The notes: generated from the letters alone by a model not told the origin. A stretch of DNA of 64,000 bases from Nitrospiraceae bacterium (GCA_050246315.1 JBFWWG010000002.1:524811-588810); one strand, 5' to 3'; positions 1-9,689 are shown, counted from the stretch's first letter. Numbers and translations are program-made.

Positions 1-1
1 C

Positions 2-229
2 CAGAAATGGGGCAACAGCTTGGCCATCCGAGTACCGAAGAGCATCGCCCAGCAGGCAGGGCTTAGGGTGAAAGATGATCTGGAGATCGAAGTGCGAAAA
101 GGCGCGCTTGTCCTAAGGCCGCACCTGCGTCGTGTCTATCGTCTGGAGGAGCTGGTCAAACGCATTACCCCGCGTAACATCCACGAGGAGATTGATTTCG
201 AAGGGCCAGTGGGCCGAGAGGCGTTGTGA
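2..229 (+). CDS. mazE: AbrB/MazE-family antitoxin (5' truncated by the window edge)
   Basis: Frame open from nt 2 reading QKWGNSLAIRVPK, the MazE signature; overlaps the downstream toxin start (GTGA). Confidence 0.9.
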   Translation, partial: QKWGNSLAIRVPKSIAQQAGLRVKDDLEIEVRKGALVLRPHLRRVYRLEELVKRITPRNIHEEIDFEGPVGREAL

Positions 230-567
230 AGAGCCGGCGGCCTTATGTGCCGGACCGTGGTGACATCGTCTGGCTGCGGTTTAGTCCCCAAGCGGGTCAT
301 GAACAGGCCGGACATCGACCAGCCCTTGTGCTTTCTCCAGCCAGCTACAATCGCCGCAGCGGGCTCATGCTATGTTGCCCGATGACTGGCCTGCGGAAGG
401 GCTATCCCTTCGAGGTGGTAGTTCCAGGCGAACCGGATCATGAAAGTGTCGTACTCGCGGACCAGGTTAAGAGTCTGGATTGGAAAGCCCGTAAAGCGGT
501 GAAAAAAGGGACTGCGCCGGTCGGCGTGATCGCGGATACACTCAGCAAACTTCAGACCTTGCTGTGA
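226..567 (+). CDS. mazF: MazF/PemK endoribonuclease toxin
   Basis: YVPDRGDIVW...PQAGHEQAGHRPALVLSP...DQVKSLDW motifs; coupled to the antitoxin. Confidence 0.95.
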   Translation: MKSRRPYVPDRGDIVWLRFSPQAGHEQAGHRPALVLSPASYNRRSGLMLCCPMTGLRKGYPFEVVVPGEPDHESVVLADQVKSLDWKARKAVKKGTAPVGVIADTLSKLQTLL

Positions 568-633
568 CAATCACAAGGGTTATCGCTAACTCTGATGCGT
601 AGCCGATTCGGAGAGAGTTGAGCAGAGAACACC

Positions 634-798
634 ATGGAAAGGCCAGCCTTCGTCCTTCTGGTTCTTCTCGGGGCCTCTGGATGTGCTCCCCTGCAAATGG
701 AGCCGTCCGACTCGATCGCAAAGGGAATCGCCGCTCTGCACGGCCCACCGCCGCGTAGGTTCCAACCGCCAGGTGCCACTAGCCTGCATTATTCATGA
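634..798 (+). pseudogene. Small lipoprotein-like ORF (54 aa), probably truncated by the MITE at 779
   Basis: MERPAFVLLVLLGASG-C: basic residue, hydrophobic core and lipobox-like ASGC; the last codons and the TGA stop lie inside the MITE terminal repeat. Confidence 0.4.
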
Positions 799-1023
799 CG
801 GTTCGTCGCAAAATCGTGAAGTCGCCAAGCGAGACGGGCAAGCACAGCCGCGAGAGACCGAGCGTACTTGAAACAGTACATCGAGGGACTAAGCGGCGAG
901 CACGCCCGCCATACCGCACTTCGTGTGAACCGGCGGCTCACCAGGCGCAGGCTCTCTTCATTGTCGCCCGCGGAGAAACACCACCAGTGTTATTGTTCGC
1001 TTTATCGTAACTGATGCCACCGG
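779..1023. mobile_element. MITE-like element, family A, copy lacking its right end
   Basis: Begins CTAG-CCTGCATTATTCATGA; colinear similarity to 27714-28024, e.g. identical GCGTACTTGAAACAGTA at 862-878 and 27801-27817. Confidence 0.7.
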
Positions 1024-1050
1024 AAAGAAATCGCAAGCGGTCTTACTCCA

Positions 1051-1108
1051 TTGACCCAAGAGCCTGCTGTCAGTACCATACTTTGATCATCTTAGCTATT
1101 AATAGCTA
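1051..1108 (+). promoter_or_regulatory. Putative sigma70 promoter followed by a perfect 16-bp palindrome (candidate operator)
   Basis: TTGACC-17 nt-TACCAT (1051-1079); TAGCTATTAATAGCTA at 1093-1108. Confidence 0.45.
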
Positions 1109-1424
1109 GCTACGAAGCGAAGGACGAAGGCAACAGCCACAAATGGATCGGAAAGGATTTTCCGCCACAGATTCGCCACCGGCAAAGAAACATCGGGGCA
1201 AGACTCACAAATCGATCTCTTGGGACCAGGTTGATTATAGTCACAGTTGAGCGTATCTTCACAGTCGTTCCAGATCGAATGATCTCTCCTCCAGATCTCA
1301 GACCTCACCCAAAAATGTCTTCGTGCTCACAATCATGCTCTGTTGGATGGAAGATTCCGATCGCGAGCCTATACCAGTAGGGAGAGCGGATGATGTCGGT
1401 CTTGGCTGAAAGATCGCTGACACA

Positions 1425-1853
1425 ATGAGTATGCGGCAGGACATTCATTTTGAATCCGGGCTTCTCCGCGTAGAGGCCACAGGGCTGTTCTCGCTAGAAG
1501 AGGCGACACGGGCATTCCTGGAAGTGCTTGGAGCTGTTGCTCAATACGGGGCAAAGAAAGTACTCATCGATGGTCGGAACGTGAAGGGCAATCCCAAAGA
1601 CTTTGAGCGCTTCTACTACGGCGAGTTCGCAGCTCAAGAAACTCAGAGGCTTTACAACGAAACCAAACTTTCTCCGCGGTTCGCGTATCTTCTTCGTGAG
1701 CCTCTTCGTGACCCGAGAAGGTTTGGGGAAATCGTTGCTCTCAATCGAGGGATGAAGATCATGGTTTGTGAAACCCTCGAAGAGGCTTACGAATGGCTTG
1801 AGCTTGCTCCCGTTAGCAAACCGCAGCAGGCGCCGCACGAAAAGCGCGTCTAA
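1425..1853 (+). CDS. Hypothetical protein, SpoIIAA/STAS-like fold
   Basis: 142 aa with KVLIDGR and terminal ETLEEAYEWL pattern typical of SpoIIAA-like proteins; lower GC than the flanks. Confidence 0.65.
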   Translation: MSMRQDIHFESGLLRVEATGLFSLEEATRAFLEVLGAVAQYGAKKVLIDGRNVKGNPKDFERFYYGEFAAQETQRLYNETKLSPRFAYLLREPLRDPRRFGEIVALNRGMKIMVCETLEEAYEWLELAPVSKPQQAPHEKRV

Positions 1854-1982
1854 TCGCGCAGAGTGGCCTGGGCGGCAAATAAGGTGTCCCCTCGTTCCCG
1901 TCTCAGCACTGCAGAAGCCGACGTAGGTCCTCCTCATGGCCGTCGCCAAATACACATCTTCGGTGTTGCTTGATTCTGCTCC

Positions 1983-3467
1983 CTATGCCTGCCTCCCTCC
2001 CCGACTCTTCTCCCCTAGCGCCCGCCTGAGTTCCACCATGCCCAACGTGTCTCGCGCGCAATAGGCGCGCAACGCGTCCGCGATGCGCTGCCGCTCCACC
2101 CAGTCGGTGATCTCGAAGACCATTCGCGCGTACTCGCGGGCCGCGACCGCTCCTTCGCCGATCTCAAGATCGTCATAAGCCAGTTCCGGCACCACCGCCG
2201 GCAGGACTGACTTGATTGAGTAGGAGCCGTTGAAGGCCGGGTGGTAGTAGTGGTCCTGCACGACCGCCAAGAGGTCCCACAACCGTTTGACGACAGCCTG
2301 CAATGCGGATCGGTGATGTGGAAATAATTCGGCCAACTGTTCGAGCACCGACCGCTCATACTGGGAATAGACACAGATCGTTCCGCGGTCGCCGAGCGAC
2401 TCCAAGAGGCGCCGCGTGAACTCCTCCCGAGGATCATCCGGCGTTTCCGAGAGATAGTCCTGGTGGAGAAGCGGGCCGGCTTCCGCCTCAACATGATTCG
2501 ACCACTGGACGGGGATCAGTTGAAACGGGTGCGTGCCGGGATAACAGGGGATCGCCGGCATGAACGTTTCAAAATCGAGATGGTGGACGGGATACTGGAC
2601 TGAAGCCAGGTTGTCAGCTAGGGCAGGACCGATCCATTCCCGGTTGTCCTTGACCCGGCGCTGGATCACCGTCAACGATACCGAATCGGGAACCTCGTCG
2701 ATCGTCTCTATTCCTTGATCGATCAGCTCCTGCGCCGTTGTCTTCCGGCCCGGCAGATGGTACACCCACCGGGTGGGTTTTCCTTTGATGCAGTGATCCC
2801 AGTAGGGACATTCGTAGGGCATATGACAATGGGCGTCAGGCTGGATCAACGGAGGAGCTGGTGCCTCGACCATCGTCCGCATCTCGGACAAGCGGGCCGG
2901 CAGTTCCTTGAGCCTTTCCATGACGAGTGGGGTCACGTCGCACAGAGTGAACAACCGTGCGAGATCCATGGCTCCGCCCGGATAGCGATACTCGGTGTTG
3001 AGGTGCATCAGCGATGCCCCTGAGAGGGGGAGCCCGGCCCCGATGGCGACATGGGCCTGGATGGCGAGGTCATCGAGATGATGAGCCTTGGGCCGGCCGG
3101 AGGATTTGACCTCGATCAGGCGCCAGCGTGATCCCTGCTCCTCCGGTGTCTCGCGCAGCAACACGTCCACCCGCACCAACGTGTGCTCGGAGAGCAACGC
3201 TGCCTCGAAGATTGCCGGCACGGATGGGTCCGCCATCAGCGCCGCCGTTTCGTCGAGCGCATCCTGGCTCTGTCGGTAACCGGCTTCGATCAGCTTGCCG
3301 CCGGGGAAATACCCTCGGGCGGTTTCGCCGACCGTTGATCCCATGTCCAAGATGGCCTGCCTGGATGCATTCGGTGGCGCGGCAAGTTCTGGCTCATGAA
3401 TCATCAGGTAGAGTCGTTTGTGACATTGAAGGCCGGCGAGGTAGCGAGACTTGGATAAACGTGTCAT
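1983..3467 (-). CDS. DUF2779-containing protein (Cas4/RecB-like nuclease domain plus RNase H/DnaQ-like domain)
   Basis: Start MTRLSKSRYLAGLQC; VDVL...IEVKS PD-(D/E)xK motif; CHMPYECPYWDHC; C-terminal LDFET...SYSIKSVLP...YCARD. Confidence 0.85.
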   Translation of the reverse strand: MTRLSKSRYLAGLQCHKRLYLMIHEPELAAPPNASRQAILDMGSTVGETARGYFPGGKLIEAGYRQSQDALDETAALMADPSVPAIFEAALLSEHTLVRVDVLLRETPEEQGSRWRLIEVKSSGRPKAHHLDDLAIQAHVAIGAGLPLSGASLMHLNTEYRYPGGAMDLARLFTLCDVTPLVMERLKELPARLSEMRTMVEAPAPPLIQPDAHCHMPYECPYWDHCIKGKPTRWVYHLPGRKTTAQELIDQGIETIDEVPDSVSLTVIQRRVKDNREWIGPALADNLASVQYPVHHLDFETFMPAIPCYPGTHPFQLIPVQWSNHVEAEAGPLLHQDYLSETPDDPREEFTRRLLESLGDRGTICVYSQYERSVLEQLAELFPHHRSALQAVVKRLWDLLAVVQDHYYHPAFNGSYSIKSVLPAVVPELAYDDLEIGEGAVAAREYARMVFEITDWVERQRIADALRAYCARDTLGMVELRRALGEKSRGGRQA

Positions 3468-3619
3468 AGAAGAGACTCGGACGGACACGGAAGAGGGCGG
3501 ACACCACCGCAATCGGCGGAGCCCGTCCCCTTGCAGCTCCGCACGAGCCATCATGAATAAAGAGCGCCGGCGCTGTCCAGCCTCAGTGTGCACAATCAGG
3601 TTCGTAAAATGGTGATCTC

Positions 3620-4945
3620 GTGAACGGTCGCGTGAATCAAATCCGCTGGTCGGTATTGAGCCTGGCGCTTCCAGTCACCGTCAGCAGCCTGTTGCAACGG
3701 GCCGAAGGGATTCTCGGGGTGTTCCTGGTCGGAGGATTGGGAGCCGAGCCGATTGCCGCAGTGGGACTGAGCCAGCTCTTGATCTTCATCGCTGCGACCT
3801 TGCTCGCCGGATTTTCCGTCAGCGGCAACGTACTGGTGGCACAACTCTGGGGCGCCCGCAGAACCGGCGATGCCGGGGCCGCCGCCACACATCTGCTGCT
3901 GATCGGTCTGGCAGTCTCCGGCCTGCTCGCCGTGCTTGGGGCGTTGCTCAGCCCCGCGTTGATGCGCCTCTTGGGGGCAGCGCCATCGGTCGTCGCCTTG
4001 GCACGCCCCTATGTGACCGTGATCTTCGCGATCCTGCCGATCACCGTGACCATTCAGATTTGCTCATCAGTCCTACAGGGCACGGGCAACACCCGCACGC
4101 CGGCCGTTGCACTAATCATGGTGAACGCCGTCTACGCCTCTCTCGCCTACGCCTTGATCTATGGAAAGGCGGGCCTTCCGGAACTGGGCGTGCAGGGCGC
4201 GGCGATCGGCGCCGCCGTCGCCGAGCTCGGCGGCGCGCTCTTTCTCCTCCGCCGCAGCCGCCATCTCTTGAACTGGCCGAGTGATATCCGGTGGGACCTG
4301 CTCCGCTCCGCCTGGCAGGTCGGTGCCCCGGCTTCCGGCGAACGAGTCGTCCAACAGGCCGGCGTCCTGCTCTATACCAAGCTCGTGATTGCATACGGGA
4401 CGGTCGCCTATGCCGCGCATCAAGTGGGCCTGTCGATCGAAGCCCTGTCGTTCTTACCCGGCTACGGCTTTGCGGTCGCAGCCGCCTCGATGGTGGGGCA
4501 AAGCATCGGCGCGGGCAAGTATCAGCGCGCCAAGATGGAAAATTGGGAGGCCAACCGCCAGGCAGCGATCATGATGGCGGGCATGGGCATCGTCTTCTTC
4601 TTCTTTCCCTATGCCCTACTCCGTCTCTTTACCGACGAGGCAGGGGTGATCGAGCTGGGCACGTCGTTTCTTCAGATCGTCGCCTTAATTCAGATTCCGC
4701 TGGCGCTGACGATGGTCCTCTCCGGATCGTTGCGCGGGGCCGGCGACACCCGCTTCATCATGGGTGCGACGTTCGTTGGGATGTGGGGCGTGCGGATTCC
4801 GGTCGCCTATGCGATGTCGCACCTGCTGCCCGGCACGGTCATCGCGGTCTGGTGGGGCATGGTCATCGATTGGACCGTCCGCATGGGGTTGCTTATTTGG
4901 CGCTACCGTTCCGAGCGGTGGCAGCAAATCAAGGTGATTCGATAG
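3620..4945 (+). CDS. MATE family efflux transporter
   Basis: 441 aa, about 12 TM helices, internal duplication with LQGTGNTRTP / LRGAGDTR and LGVQGAAI motifs. Confidence 0.93.
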   Translation: MNGRVNQIRWSVLSLALPVTVSSLLQRAEGILGVFLVGGLGAEPIAAVGLSQLLIFIAATLLAGFSVSGNVLVAQLWGARRTGDAGAAATHLLLIGLAVSGLLAVLGALLSPALMRLLGAAPSVVALARPYVTVIFAILPITVTIQICSSVLQGTGNTRTPAVALIMVNAVYASLAYALIYGKAGLPELGVQGAAIGAAVAELGGALFLLRRSRHLLNWPSDIRWDLLRSAWQVGAPASGERVVQQAGVLLYTKLVIAYGTVAYAAHQVGLSIEALSFLPGYGFAVAAASMVGQSIGAGKYQRAKMENWEANRQAAIMMAGMGIVFFFFPYALLRLFTDEAGVIELGTSFLQIVALIQIPLALTMVLSGSLRGAGDTRFIMGATFVGMWGVRIPVAYAMSHLLPGTVIAVWWGMVIDWTVRMGLLIWRYRSERWQQIKVIR

Positions 4946-5005
4946 CGTGTCTAGCTCGACGTCAACGTGATCGGTTGCGCAAGGTCAGACGGACATTCTG
5001 TGGGC

Positions 5006-5034
5006 TTGACTTAGTCACTATCATGATCCAGTAT
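5006..5034 (+). promoter_or_regulatory. TA operon promoter with palindromic operator overlapping the -35 element
   Basis: TTGACT (5006-5011) overlapped by TGACT-T-AGTCA (5007-5017); weak -10 CAGTAT at 17-nt spacing. Confidence 0.5.
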
Positions 5035-5289
5035 ATGGTCGTGATTAAGATCAACATACACGAGGCGAAGACCCATCTTTCCTATTACCTGGCGAAATTG
5101 AAAGGGAAAGGGGAAACGATTGTGATCTGTAATCGTAATCAGCCGATCGCGGAGATTCGTCCATTGCCGGCGCTTCCCACTCGCAAGCGTCCGATTGGAC
5201 TGGCCAAGGGGCTCATGACCATCCCCAAGGAGTTCTTCGATGAGTTGCCGGCCGACCTCTTAGACAACTTCTCCGGGAAGGAGACATGA
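5035..5289 (+). CDS. Phd/YefM-family antitoxin
   Basis: INIHEAKTHLS...GETIVICNRNQPIAEI signature at the 3' end of the 4291..5289 ORF; start is ATG 5035 or GTG 5041; ATGA overlap with vapC. Confidence 0.9.
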   Translation: MVVIKINIHEAKTHLSYYLAKLKGKGETIVICNRNQPIAEIRPLPALPTRKRPIGLAKGLMTIPKEFFDELPADLLDNFSGKET

Positions 5290-5672
5290 AGCTCCTCCTC
5301 GACACCTGTACGTTTCTCTGGATCATTTTAGACGATCACACCTTGTCGGACCGAGCAAGGGACCTCTTCACCGATCCTGCCAACGAAGCCTATCTCAGTG
5401 CTGTTTCAGTCTGGGAGATAGCGGTTAAGTTCAGTCTCGGAAAACTGCCGCTCCCTGAATCGCCGGAACGGTTTATTCCGGACCAACGCGAACGACATGC
5501 CATTGCGCCACTCGCGCTGGAGGAGCAGGCTGCGCTCTACCTCCATCGCCTCCCTACGCTTCATCGGGACCCCTTCGACCGCATGTTGATCTGCCAGACG
5601 ATCCAGCATGAGCTGACGCTGCTCACGCCCGATCCATTGATTACCCAATATGCGGTGAGGACCGCCTGGTAG
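5286..5672 (+). CDS. vapC: VapC/PIN-domain toxin
   Basis: MKLLLDT...SVWEI...HRDPFDRMLI PIN motifs. Confidence 0.93.
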   Translation: MKLLLDTCTFLWIILDDHTLSDRARDLFTDPANEAYLSAVSVWEIAVKFSLGKLPLPESPERFIPDQRERHAIAPLALEEQAALYLHRLPTLHRDPFDRMLICQTIQHELTLLTPDPLITQYAVRTAW

Positions 5673-5709
5673 GAGAAGGCGCTGCGGCAGCTTCGGGCCG
5701 ATCGGTAGA

Positions 5710-7434
5710 TTACACCTGAAACTGGGCGTCGTAGAGGCCTGCGTAGACGCCACCATGCTCCATCAACCGATCGTGGGTGCCTTCCTCGACGATCCGACCA
5801 TGGTCGAGCACGACGATCCGATCGACATCATGCAGGGTCGAGAGCCGATGGGCGATGATGAAGGTGGTGCGCCCTTTGGTGAGTTCGTTCAACGCCTCGC
5901 GGATTTTCACTTCGGTTTCCGTGTCGATGTTCGAGGTGGCTTCGTCGAAGATGACAATCGGGGGGTTCTTGAGCAACACCCGCGCGATCGACACCCGCTG
6001 CTTCTGCCCCACGGAGAGTTTGACGCCACGCTCGCCGATCCATGTGTCATAACCCTCGGGCAACTTCCGAATAAAGTCATGCGCCCGTGCCACTTCCGCC
6101 ACCGCCTCGATTCGGACCTGATCGGCCGAGAGGTCGCCGTAGGCAATGTTTTCGCGCACCGTGCCGTTGAAGAGGAACGGCTCCTGTTGCACGAGCCCGA
6201 TTTGGCTGCGAAGAAAGGCCAACGGTAGGTCGCGGATACCATACCTGTCGATCGAGATTGAACCACCCTTCGCGTCGTAGAACCGCATCAGCAACTTCAA
6301 CAAGGTGCTCTTGCCGGCGCCGCTCGGCCCGACCAGCGCCACCCGTTCCCCTGCCCTGACCGAGAGAGTCACCTCCCGCAAGACCGGCACATCCGGCCGG
6401 TAATGAAAGTGGACCTGGGCAAATCGGACGGCGCCTTCAAGACGAGCCGCGGGAGCGACCGCTCCGGGTTTATCCGTCACCTCCGGCCGCGTATCGAGCA
6501 CTTCGAAGACGCGTTCACTCGCCGCCAGGGCATGTTGCAGCATGTGGTTGACGGAATGGATCTGGTTGATCGGGACATAGAAGAGCGCCAGATAGGACAA
6601 AAACAGGACCAGCTCGCCGAGCGTCAATCGTCCTGCCAGAACCTCGGCCGAGCCGTACCAGAGGATCAACACCGTCCCCAGGCTCCCGACGAAAATCATG
6701 CTGGGTGAATAAACAGACCAGAGGTACATGGCTTTGAGGTTGCTCCGGCTGTACTCCTGGCTGAGCCGATTGAAGCGGTTCTGCTCATAGGACTGCCGGT
6801 TGAATCCCATCGATTCGCGGACCCCGGAGATCGCATCCTGCAGGTAGCTGTTCAGCTCGGCCAGGCCCTTCCTCACCTGGTGATAGTAGCCATGCACCGT
6901 GGTCGTGAAGTGGCTCGCGGAGAACACAAGAATCGGAATGGGCACCAAGGCCAGCATGGCAAGCTTCCAATTCAAACTCACCAGCATGATCATAATGCCT
7001 ACTAGCGTCAGGCAGGCCGTCAGCACTCCCTCCAATCCGTCGATAAAAATCCGCTCCACATGCTCCGTATCGTTGGAGACGCGGGACATGATCTCGCCGG
7101 TGGAACGGTTCTCGAAATAGCTGATCGACAACCGCTGGAGCGCGGCGAAGACTTCCTGGCGCAGGTCGTGAACGACCTGCTGCTCCAGCCGGTTGTTCAG
7201 CCTGATACGCAAGGACGCAAAGAGGTTTTTCAGTCCGTAGGCGACGACCAACCCGGCCAGAATCCATGGCAGCCACAACGGTTGGTTGGCCTGGATCACA
7301 TCGTCAATGACGATCTTGATGAACCAGGGCGGTACCAACTCCATGGCAGTGGCCGAGGCGGCACAGAGCACGGTGGCGATCGCCAGCCATCGGTAAGGAC
7401 GAAGATAGTAGAGGACGCGTAAGAGGGACTTCAC
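5710..7434 (-). CDS. ABC exporter, fused permease/ATPase (MsbA/MdlB-like)
   Basis: N-terminal TM domain; GPSGAGKS Walker A; LSVGQKQR signature; IFDEATS Walker B. Confidence 0.93.
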   Translation of the reverse strand: MKSLLRVLYYLRPYRWLAIATVLCAASATAMELVPPWFIKIVIDDVIQANQPLWLPWILAGLVVAYGLKNLFASLRIRLNNRLEQQVVHDLRQEVFAALQRLSISYFENRSTGEIMSRVSNDTEHVERIFIDGLEGVLTACLTLVGIMIMLVSLNWKLAMLALVPIPILVFSASHFTTTVHGYYHQVRKGLAELNSYLQDAISGVRESMGFNRQSYEQNRFNRLSQEYSRSNLKAMYLWSVYSPSMIFVGSLGTVLILWYGSAEVLAGRLTLGELVLFLSYLALFYVPINQIHSVNHMLQHALAASERVFEVLDTRPEVTDKPGAVAPAARLEGAVRFAQVHFHYRPDVPVLREVTLSVRAGERVALVGPSGAGKSTLLKLLMRFYDAKGGSISIDRYGIRDLPLAFLRSQIGLVQQEPFLFNGTVRENIAYGDLSADQVRIEAVAEVARAHDFIRKLPEGYDTWIGERGVKLSVGQKQRVSIARVLLKNPPIVIFDEATSNIDTETEVKIREALNELTKGRTTFIIAHRLSTLHDVDRIVVLDHGRIVEEGTHDRLMEHGGVYAGLYDAQFQV

Positions 7435-7526
7435 AAGGATATCGAGGTCGTTACTTCATCATACGGCACGACTGTACGGATGGGCAGCAATTGACGAAGA
7501 TTTTTTCATGCGAACGCCACGTCTCC

Positions 7527-8879
7527 TTAGCAATGTGTCCGCTCAGCCAAGGACGGTCTCGTATCCTTGCCGGTCCCGACACGAACTTCAATCCTCCCGA
7601 CGCCCTTCACATTGGCGCAGAGATCTCCCAGGCCCGGCGTGACAAGCCGGAATGGCCCGCCCTTCGCGTCAGGCAGCGATTCGCCGTCCAGTTCGTAAAT
7701 CAGAAGCCCATGCGCGCGCGCCTGCTGTAACGTCAAGGTGGCGGCATACTTGCCGTCCAGAGAATGAAACGTGACATGATCGGCCTCGATCGCCAACGCC
7801 GGCACATCGAGGAGCCCACTCACTTTAATGGCCCGCCCCTTCATCCCGGACACGACAGATCCGACCTCGGCCACCTGAAGATCCTTCGGTAATTGACCGA
7901 CCGCCTGTCGATCAAGAGTCACCGGTTGGACCACGGCTCCATCGATACGGAGTACGCCGGGCCCCGTCCGATCGGTGGTCGTGATCACCTTGATCATGGC
8001 CGTCAGAGCCTCGTTCACCGGCGTCGGAATGCCCAGTGCTCGCCCCTTCTGCACGATGTAGCCGTTCAAGTAGTCGATCTCCGTCGGGCGACCGGCCTTC
8101 CAGTCGTCATACATGGAGGTGTGGATATCCCGAAGCTCCTGCGTCCAGGTCACAACCCGATCGGCCATGTCCGGCGCGAGCGGCACCTTCAGCGCGGCAG
8201 ACACCGCCATCACCTCCTGGACGATCTGTTGGATGACCCGCAACATCTCCGGGTGATCCAACGCCTTGGCCACCCGGTCGTTGACCAGGACCGTCAGCGG
8301 ATTGAACACGCAATTCCAACACATCTTCTCCCACTTGCTTCGCCGTACGTCCTTGGAAAGCTGACAGGGAATCCCGGCTGCTGTGAATAGGTCGCGGATC
8401 TTCAAGAGCCGCTCGCTCTCGTGGCCCATCAGCTCGCCGATGGCCACCGCGCCCTTCTTATAGTGCTCGATCACCCCAGGCTCGGCGATCTTAGAATAGA
8501 TGAACGCCACCCCGCCGACGACACAATCCCGCTTAAACCGCGCGATCAGCCGGTCTTCTGTATCCACACCGTTCTGTAATGTCAGCAGGACGGTCCTCTC
8601 GGCGATGACGGGGGCCAGTTTCGCCGTCACTTCGTCGAGGTCGTAGGCCTTGACCGAGAGGATGATGAGGTCCGGCGGAGGCAATTCCCTGGGATCGGAT
8701 GCTGCGGGCGGATGAACGGTGAACGTTCCACCGGCGCTGCGAACGGTCAGACCGCGCGCCTTCACAGCTTCCAGCGTCCTGGGTCGCAACAGGAACGAGA
8801 CGTTCGGATTGGCCTTAGCCAAATGGGCGCCGAAAAATCCGCCGACAGATCCAGCCCCTACTACCAGGATATTGCGCAT
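7527..8879 (-). CDS. panE: 2-dehydropantoate 2-reductase fused to a C-terminal molybdopterin-oxidoreductase-like (sulfite oxidase fold) domain
   Basis: GAGSVGG, VKAY, LQNG, WEK..N, TSM..D, TEIDYLNG motifs; about 145 extra C-terminal aa with HSLDG and YELDGESLP..GGPFRLVTP motifs. Confidence 0.85.
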   Translation of the reverse strand: MRNILVVGAGSVGGFFGAHLAKANPNVSFLLRPRTLEAVKARGLTVRSAGGTFTVHPPAASDPRELPPPDLIILSVKAYDLDEVTAKLAPVIAERTVLLTLQNGVDTEDRLIARFKRDCVVGGVAFIYSKIAEPGVIEHYKKGAVAIGELMGHESERLLKIRDLFTAAGIPCQLSKDVRRSKWEKMCWNCVFNPLTVLVNDRVAKALDHPEMLRVIQQIVQEVMAVSAALKVPLAPDMADRVVTWTQELRDIHTSMYDDWKAGRPTEIDYLNGYIVQKGRALGIPTPVNEALTAMIKVITTTDRTGPGVLRIDGAVVQPVTLDRQAVGQLPKDLQVAEVGSVVSGMKGRAIKVSGLLDVPALAIEADHVTFHSLDGKYAATLTLQQARAHGLLIYELDGESLPDAKGGPFRLVTPGLGDLCANVKGVGRIEVRVGTGKDTRPSLAERTHC

Positions 8880-8966
8880 GATCGATCCCCCCGACGAGAC
8901 AGGATAAGGGCGGTACTATAGCACGGAGCAGAAAACCTCGGCACGGAGGTATAATGCGGTTCATCC

Positions 8967-9689
8967 ATGACCAACAGGATCTCCGAAGTCAGAGAGCGAC
9001 TGACACAAGCGAGACGAGTCACCGTGCTCACGGGGGCCGGCATTTCGGCCGACAGCGGTGTGCCCACATTTCGTGGGACAGACGGGCTCTGGCGAAACTT
9101 CCGCGCGGAAGATCTGGCCACGCCGGAGGCGTTCGAGCGCGATCCGAGATTGGTGTGGGAGTGGTACAACTGGCGGCGGGAGTTGATTGCGACCAAGCAG
9201 CCGAACCAGGCCCACGAGGCTCTGACGATCTTGGAGAGGCAGGTCAAAGACTTCTGGCTGATTACCCAGAACGTAGACGGTCTGCACCGGGCAGCAGGTT
9301 CGACCAAGCTCTCGGAGATTCACGGCAATATCTGGAAGGTTCGCTGTACCGGCTGCGGCACGATTGCGGACAATCGCGATGTGCCGATGCGCCTGCTCCC
9401 TTCTTGTTCAGGCTGCGAATCGCTGCTGAGACCGCACATCGTTTGGTTCGGAGAATCCCTCGCACCGGAAGACATCAATCGAATCTATGCCGCGCTGGAA
9501 GGTTGCGAGGTTTTGCTGATCGTCGGCACGTCGGGGCTCGTCTATCCGGCCGCTTCCTTCGCTCCGATCGCCAAATCTGCCGGCGCGTTCGTGGTCGAGG
9601 TCAATCTCGACTCGACCCCCAACAGCAATCTGGTCGATATTTCATTGCAGGGACGAGCCAAGGATCTGGTCCCACTGCTGATCTCCTGA
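8967..9689 (+). CDS. cobB: NAD-dependent protein deacylase (sirtuin)
   Basis: GAGISADSGVPTFRG, TQNVDGLH, two CxxC motifs, RPHIVWFGE, GTSGLVYPAA. Confidence 0.95.
   Translation: MTNRISEVRERLTQARRVTVLTGAGISADSGVPTFRGTDGLWRNFRAEDLATPEAFERDPRLVWEWYNWRRELIATKQPNQAHEALTILERQVKDFWLITQNVDGLHRAAGSTKLSEIHGNIWKVRCTGCGTIADNRDVPMRLLPSCSGCESLLRPHIVWFGESLAPEDINRIYAALEGCEVLLIVGTSGLVYPAASFAPIAKSAGAFVVEVNLDSTPNSNLVDISLQGRAKDLVPLLIS

Noticed and set aside
1410..1900. Gene 1425..1853 as an integron cassette
   Set aside because: Lower GC and a GTCTAAT at the stop are suggestive, but no convincing attC palindrome or integrase is visible.
4291..5034. 332-aa ORF 4291..5289 as one protein
   Set aside because: The upstream part is an off-frame shadow of the MATE gene; only the last about 84 aa are a real Phd antitoxin with its own promoter.
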